From: a virus | Lineage: Duplodnaviria > Caudoviricetes | DNA: 24,337 nt | Reading direction: 5' to 3' (one strand) | IMG/VR virus record: IMGVR_UViG_3300044580_000186 | Coordinates: 1 to 24,337 of that record | Shown here: positions 23,406 to 24,337 of the stretch, in pieces | Layout of the letters: each line of letters begins with the position of its first letter | How positions within the stretch are numbered: position 1 is the stretch's first letter | The notes under the pieces: generated by a model | Database searches by the model: none | Told to the model about the DNA's origin: nothing | What the model saw: the letters and a program-made list of their open reading frames with translations, nothing else | Translations under genes and position numbers: made by a program

Positions 23406-24337
23406 ATGAGTTACTTGAGAAACTTACTCTCAGGTGTTCACGTGGTGAGGACAATGACACTAGCAGTTTTGATGTTGCCGTGTTGTGTTCTAGCTCACGG
23501 AGATCGTAACATCATTGAAGCAGGAGGAAGTCCATACAGTATCGTTTACTCTCCGAATGATCCTCCAATCGTAGCTTATGCAGCACGAGAGCTTCAAATT
23601 CATCTTCGTCGTATGACTGGTGTAGAGTTGCCGATATGCACAGAAGTTGTATCGCCTGCTATTATCCTGCGCAATGATTACACACTTCCTCCCTCTGGAT
23701 TCCAAATCTACTGGGAGAAAGATGATCTTATCATCGCAGGACATAACACCACAACATCTTCCTATCCTATCGTTTATGACGGTAAGAAACTGTCGTGGGG
23801 CACGTTGAATGGAGTGACTCATCTCCTAGAAACACAGGGGTGTCGCTGGTACTGGCCAGGACCGTTAGGAGAGATTATCCCTCAACGAGATGTCATCAGT
23901 GTTAGTGAGGAAACCGTTGAAAGATCTCCTGTGTTTCGGTACCGTTCGCCTACACGAGGATTGTGTGTCAACTGGAAGTGGGATCAAGCCACAGGTAAGT
24001 GGGTCGCGGCGACTGGATCTGATACTGAAAGATTCAATCGTACATGGGCAGGTCGTGCTGGTCTCGGTAACGATGATGGCGATGCTCACAACCACAATTG
24101 GAAGACCATAATGGGCAGCAAGGATGGCCAAGTGAGTCCTTGGGTTGAACCATGCTCTGATCCTCCTCCTGTATCTGTAACGCCTCTTCGCTGTGGACAT
24201 CCAGAATATTTGCCTCTGCTTGCGCGTCAGAATCCGAATCACTGGGATGTGCAGGCTCTGGCAAAGTTGATCGAAGAGAAGCGCCGCTTAAGTAACCTGC
24301 CAGAATTGGATGCATTAGTAACTCAACTCTTCGGCGA
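23406..24337 (+). CDS. DUF4838-like / GH20-GH67 N-domain-like secreted protein, truncated by window end, not in ORF track
   Basis: Open frame from ATG 23406 (or 23454) to the end: signal peptide, YAARELQIHLRRMTGVELPI, LIIAG, GTLNGVTHLLE-GCRWYWPG-GEIIP, P-FRYR, HNH…HPEY. Confidence 0.75.
   Translation, partial: MSYLRNLLSGVHVVRTMTLAVLMLPCCVLAHGDRNIIEAGGSPYSIVYSPNDPPIVAYAARELQIHLRRMTGVELPICTEVVSPAIILRNDYTLPPSGFQIYWEKDDLIIAGHNTTTSSYPIVYDGKKLSWGTLNGVTHLLETQGCRWYWPGPLGEIIPQRDVISVSEETVERSPVFRYRSPTRGLCVNWKWDQATGKWVAATGSDTERFNRTWAGRAGLGNDDGDAHNHNWKTIMGSKDGQVSPWVEPCSDPPPVSVTPLRCGHPEYLPLLARQNPNHWDVQALAKLIEEKRRLSNLPELDALVTQLFG

Larger units (their letters stand above)
1..24337 (+). mobile_element. Fragment of a large tailed dsDNA bacteriophage genome (T4-type portal)
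   Basis: Terminase and portal, dense co-oriented small ORFs with ATGA/TGATG/GTGA overlaps, phage-type SbcCD, ThyX, NADAR and lysis-type genes. No host housekeeping block, integrase or att site seen. Confidence 0.95.

Noticed and set aside
4975-24111. Alternative-frame + strand ORFs (4975..5190, 12927..13172, 21693..21887, 21906..22088, 23890..24111)
   Set aside because: Nested within better-supported genes, with no RBS or motifs.
288-24315. All minus-strand ORFs in the track (e.g. 8670..9338, 5665..6186, 2530..2976, 23865..24242)
   Set aside because: They shadow well-supported + strand genes and lack motifs. The 222-aa one is simply the antisense of the hexapeptide repeat.
1-24337. tRNA genes, introns/inteins and stop-codon reassignment
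   Set aside because: No cloverleaf with a T-loop in intergenic DNA. TerL, portal and ThyX are uninterrupted and lack intein motifs. TAA, TAG and TGA all end well-defined genes.

Overview
This is a fragment of a large tailed dsDNA phage genome. Essentially all genes lie on the + strand, are tightly packed and use genetic code 11. Left to right: (1) an Illumina adapter remnant at base 1; (2) terminase large subunit and a T4 gp20-like portal; (3) a ~7.4 kb accessory region of small ORFs, divided into modules by a recurring promoter-like motif (GAGTAGATATAATGT) and carrying truncated genes, a deleted paralog and a 79-bp direct repeat; (4) a DNA-repair/counter-defence block of NADAR, a Rad50/SbcC split around the Mre11/SbcD gene, a GNAT, a phage metallopeptidase and ThyX; (5) envelope/lysis candidates (a lipoprotein with u-spanin-like topology, a 3D-domain protein, a second lipoprotein); (6) two tandem candidate structured ncRNAs; (7) a decayed tandem duplication; (8) a kinase-like/HIT-like cassette; (9) small beta-rich, probably virion-associated proteins; and (10) a bacterial-type DUF4838-like gene running off the right end. 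The most notable items are the multi-part Rad50 with a 51-aa repeat arm and the ncRNA pair at 18.2-18.5 kb. All family assignments come from motif recognition by eye; no database searches were run.
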